A DNA stretch of 64,000 nt, taken from Ionaspis alba. Taxonomy: Eukaryota. The notes under the pieces were generated by a model, which was given only the letters and a program-made list of their open reading frames with translations, was not told the DNA's origin and did no database searches. The DNA is taken from NCBI GenBank assembly GCA_964255285.1, contig CAXUUL010000007.1:1-64000 (forward strand), in the 5' to 3' direction. Position 1 is the stretch's first letter; every line of letters starts with the position of its first letter. The translations under genes were made by a program, and so were the position numbers. Of this stretch, positions 61,359 to 64,000 are shown one piece after another.

Positions 61359-64000
61359 CTATTGCATCAATCCATCAAGTTCTGATTGGAAGGGTTCCAT
61401 GCCTTTACGAATCTCCTGCACAATTTCCGCTGCCTCCGCTACAGTCTGTGCCTCAAAATCATACCGCTTGGTCTCTCGCTCGCGAAAGATGATGACTCGG
61501 AAGGTCTTTGGATGCCTCCGGCTGACCTTACACCCCACAATCATGCTGAAGGGTACCGTCGTGGTCTTGGCGCTCGTGTCGAACAGCGTTTTCCCGGTCT
61601 CCCCTGGTAGGATATGCATATAGTCTCCATCTACTAAGAGGGTGCGCTGATGCGATGGCGTAAATGACATTGGCTGCTTCCTTACAACTGTGTACTTCTT
61701 ACAATTTGCTGAGTTGGACAAGAGATCTTGTTTCTGGGCAAGAGGATGACTTGGCGCGAAATTTTTTTTGCTTTTCTTCGACGTTTCCGCTGTCAGCAAC
61801 AGAGGCGCGTTGGGCGAACTGCTGCCCAGGGATCCAGTAAGGCCCAGGCCGCCGTCGTGAGCAAATCGTCTTCGCATGAGGTCAAGGTCGGTACGAGCAC
61901 CGATGGATTCGACTGTGCGATCAAGAGGGGCAACTGTGTTCGTGCCACTAACTTTCAGAAAGTGGTGGGCTTTGTCCAGGTTCCATCTTTTGCAGACGGT
62001 GTCGTGTACTTCTGCAATATAGGTATCTGTGGTAACCTCAATGGTAGTCGTTTGGGTATGTGCTTCCAAACTGGTGAAATGGATCTTCAAAATCTTTGGT
62101 GGTCCCATCCGAGGAGTTGAGTGGACGACAGGAATGCCAGGTCTATCCGCGAGTGTTGCGGATTGCTTCCTTGCGGCGAATGTGAAGGGCTTGATAACGC
62201 TAGAATTCAAGGGAGGTCCGTCAGATGTTGTGGCCTCCGTCACACCTTCAGCCGAGTCCTGCGCCAGATTCTCCGTGACAATAGGATCCTCGGCTAACTC
62301 GTCGAATTGCTTGGTGTACCTGGGGGTGAGCCTCCTATTCTCGTTATACTGCGCGTCAGAGGCTTCAACGAGCGCGAAATCGTCGTAAGCTTTGCCTCTT
62401 GACCGTCCTCGAGCAGGTCGATTGTTGTTGGACGTGAAATCAACCATGGGACTGACACGATTTAAGGCAGGGAAGTCGTATTCAACTTCTCCGTCGTCCA
62501 CGATCCGTAATGTCCACCGATTGACGTCTAATTTGCTCTTGGCTATTGGCGGCTTTAGTCCTGCCTCGTGATACCGCCAGAGGCTGAGACCAATAGCATC
62601 CGCGACCGTGACTTGGGGATTGTCTCCAGTATCACTATTTGGTACTGTTCGTTGCAGAGGCATATCGACAGCTTCTCCAGGAGAATCCGAGAAAGGAGCG
62701 TAGATTCTGATGTTGAGTGGGTTTGGGACACCCTTTCCAGATAGCCTGGCGAAAGACTCCACGGGATTGTGTGGCTTCGATTGCCTAGCTCTGATAGCTT
62801 GGCCCAAGGCGCTGACCGGCAGAACCGTACTGATTGGTCGAGGTGGTGGAAGTGCTTGAAGAACATTGGCCTGCAGGGACCTGACTTTCTTTGGTGATGG
62901 AGGATTGAGGGTCAATCCGGGCGGAAGCGTGATGAGAGGAGACGACGCAAGGTGGTCGTGAACTCCATCGAGAAGAGATTCCGAGTCTGCTGTCTCGGCA
63001 AACTCGGACGAGAGGCTGGTGTCTTCGGATTCATCGCCAGACCTTTGACCAATGTCCGATGTCACCTCTCGCACCTGCTTCCGCTCCTCCTCTTTGTGCC
63101 GTCCTTGCAAATTGCTTGTGTTTCCAGTATGCCTGCGTGGATTCACCTGCCTCCGCTGGAAAACAGAAGGGTCTAACTCATTCTCCGACGACATTTCGCT
63201 ACTCGTAGCTGTATCTCGCCTTTCTCGTTGTTTGACAGCTTCAACAACACCGAGCGAACCGCGTCTGAACCTTCCATCGGTGGAACGCCGGGACGGAGAG
63301 GTGACTAGTACTTCAGGGCCCTCTTTGGCGCTCAGCGTACGTATCGGTGACGAACCTGCTCGAATACGCACTGGCATCTTGGCAAACTTGATCTGCTGGG
63401 CTGCGCTGAACTGGCCTTTGAATACAAGGGTATGATATAGCGTGGGTAGGGAGAATTCTTACCGTTGAACGCCTTCGGTGTCTTCTTCGCTTTCATCGCT
63501 TAGATCGCTACTATCGTCCTCTTCATGCTGCTCCCTCCGGCGCCTCTTCTTCACGGTCGGAGTCGGACCGACAGTATCTGTGCTTCCTCGCCCAGTGACC
63601 ATGCCACCCTCATCGTCATCTTCGCCAAGCTCTGCAGGCGCGAATCCCGCCGACTTGATAGGGGCTGAGAAGTAATCCGACGCGATGGCTGCAGTGGGTA
63701 TTGGGGGCGAGTATGTTCTTTTGATGTCTGCATCGTTTGGCGTCCAACCAGCCGTTCGGAAGCTTGGGTCGTTCAATATGCTAGAATCGACGTTGATGAG
63801 CCTTTCTCCAACCCCATCTTTTATGTTCGTTAGATACGAGGTCCGTAGCTGCCAGATGAGAAAGCTTCGATGCGGTCAGCATAGTCCTGGAGGTTTTCCC
63901 AACACAATGGCTGGAGATAAGACGACTGAGGTAAACTGGGAGTAGAACACTGAGCAATGACGGGAGGACTTAGACGTCGACAGCGCCGATAGACCTACTC
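61359..64000 (-). CDS. SIN1: TORC2 subunit Sin1/Avo1; 5'-partial (first exon beyond window end; introns about 63998-63865 and 63462-63407)
   Basis: WQLRTSYLTNIKDGVGERLI; CRIM region VADAIGLSLWRY..WTLRIVDDGEVEYDFPAL; PH domain DGDYMHI..ETKRYDFEA. Confidence 0.92.

Overview
Gene-dense, intron-containing eukaryotic DNA from a filamentous ascomycete (Pezizomycotina-type gene set; short GT-AG introns with CTRAY branch points). About 30 protein-coding genes can be supported. Most are housekeeping: CCT8, IAH1-like esterase, CLC channel, RRP45, CWC15, isochorismatase-family protein, OMA1, CTP synthase, annexin, THADA/Trm732, TIM23, NC2-alpha, FHIP/FhipA, NUC1, ZIP transporter, PKA catalytic subunit, NSRP1-like and SIN1. 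I see no RNA gene, transposon or CRISPR array. Standout observations: (1) a gene at 10719-12155, largely missed by the ORF track, built from 13 exons, in which each copy of a 15-16 aa Gly/Ser/Asp/Tyr repeat sits on its own phase-0 microexon; (2) a divergent type III PKS + fatty-acid-hydroxylase-like P450 pair; (3) a retropepsin-like domain with Cys in place of the catalytic Asp; (4) an AUG-free, intron-containing leader upstream of the PKA catalytic subunit with a possible CUG-initiated extension. Exon boundaries were read by eye and family calls come from motif recognition, not database searches.
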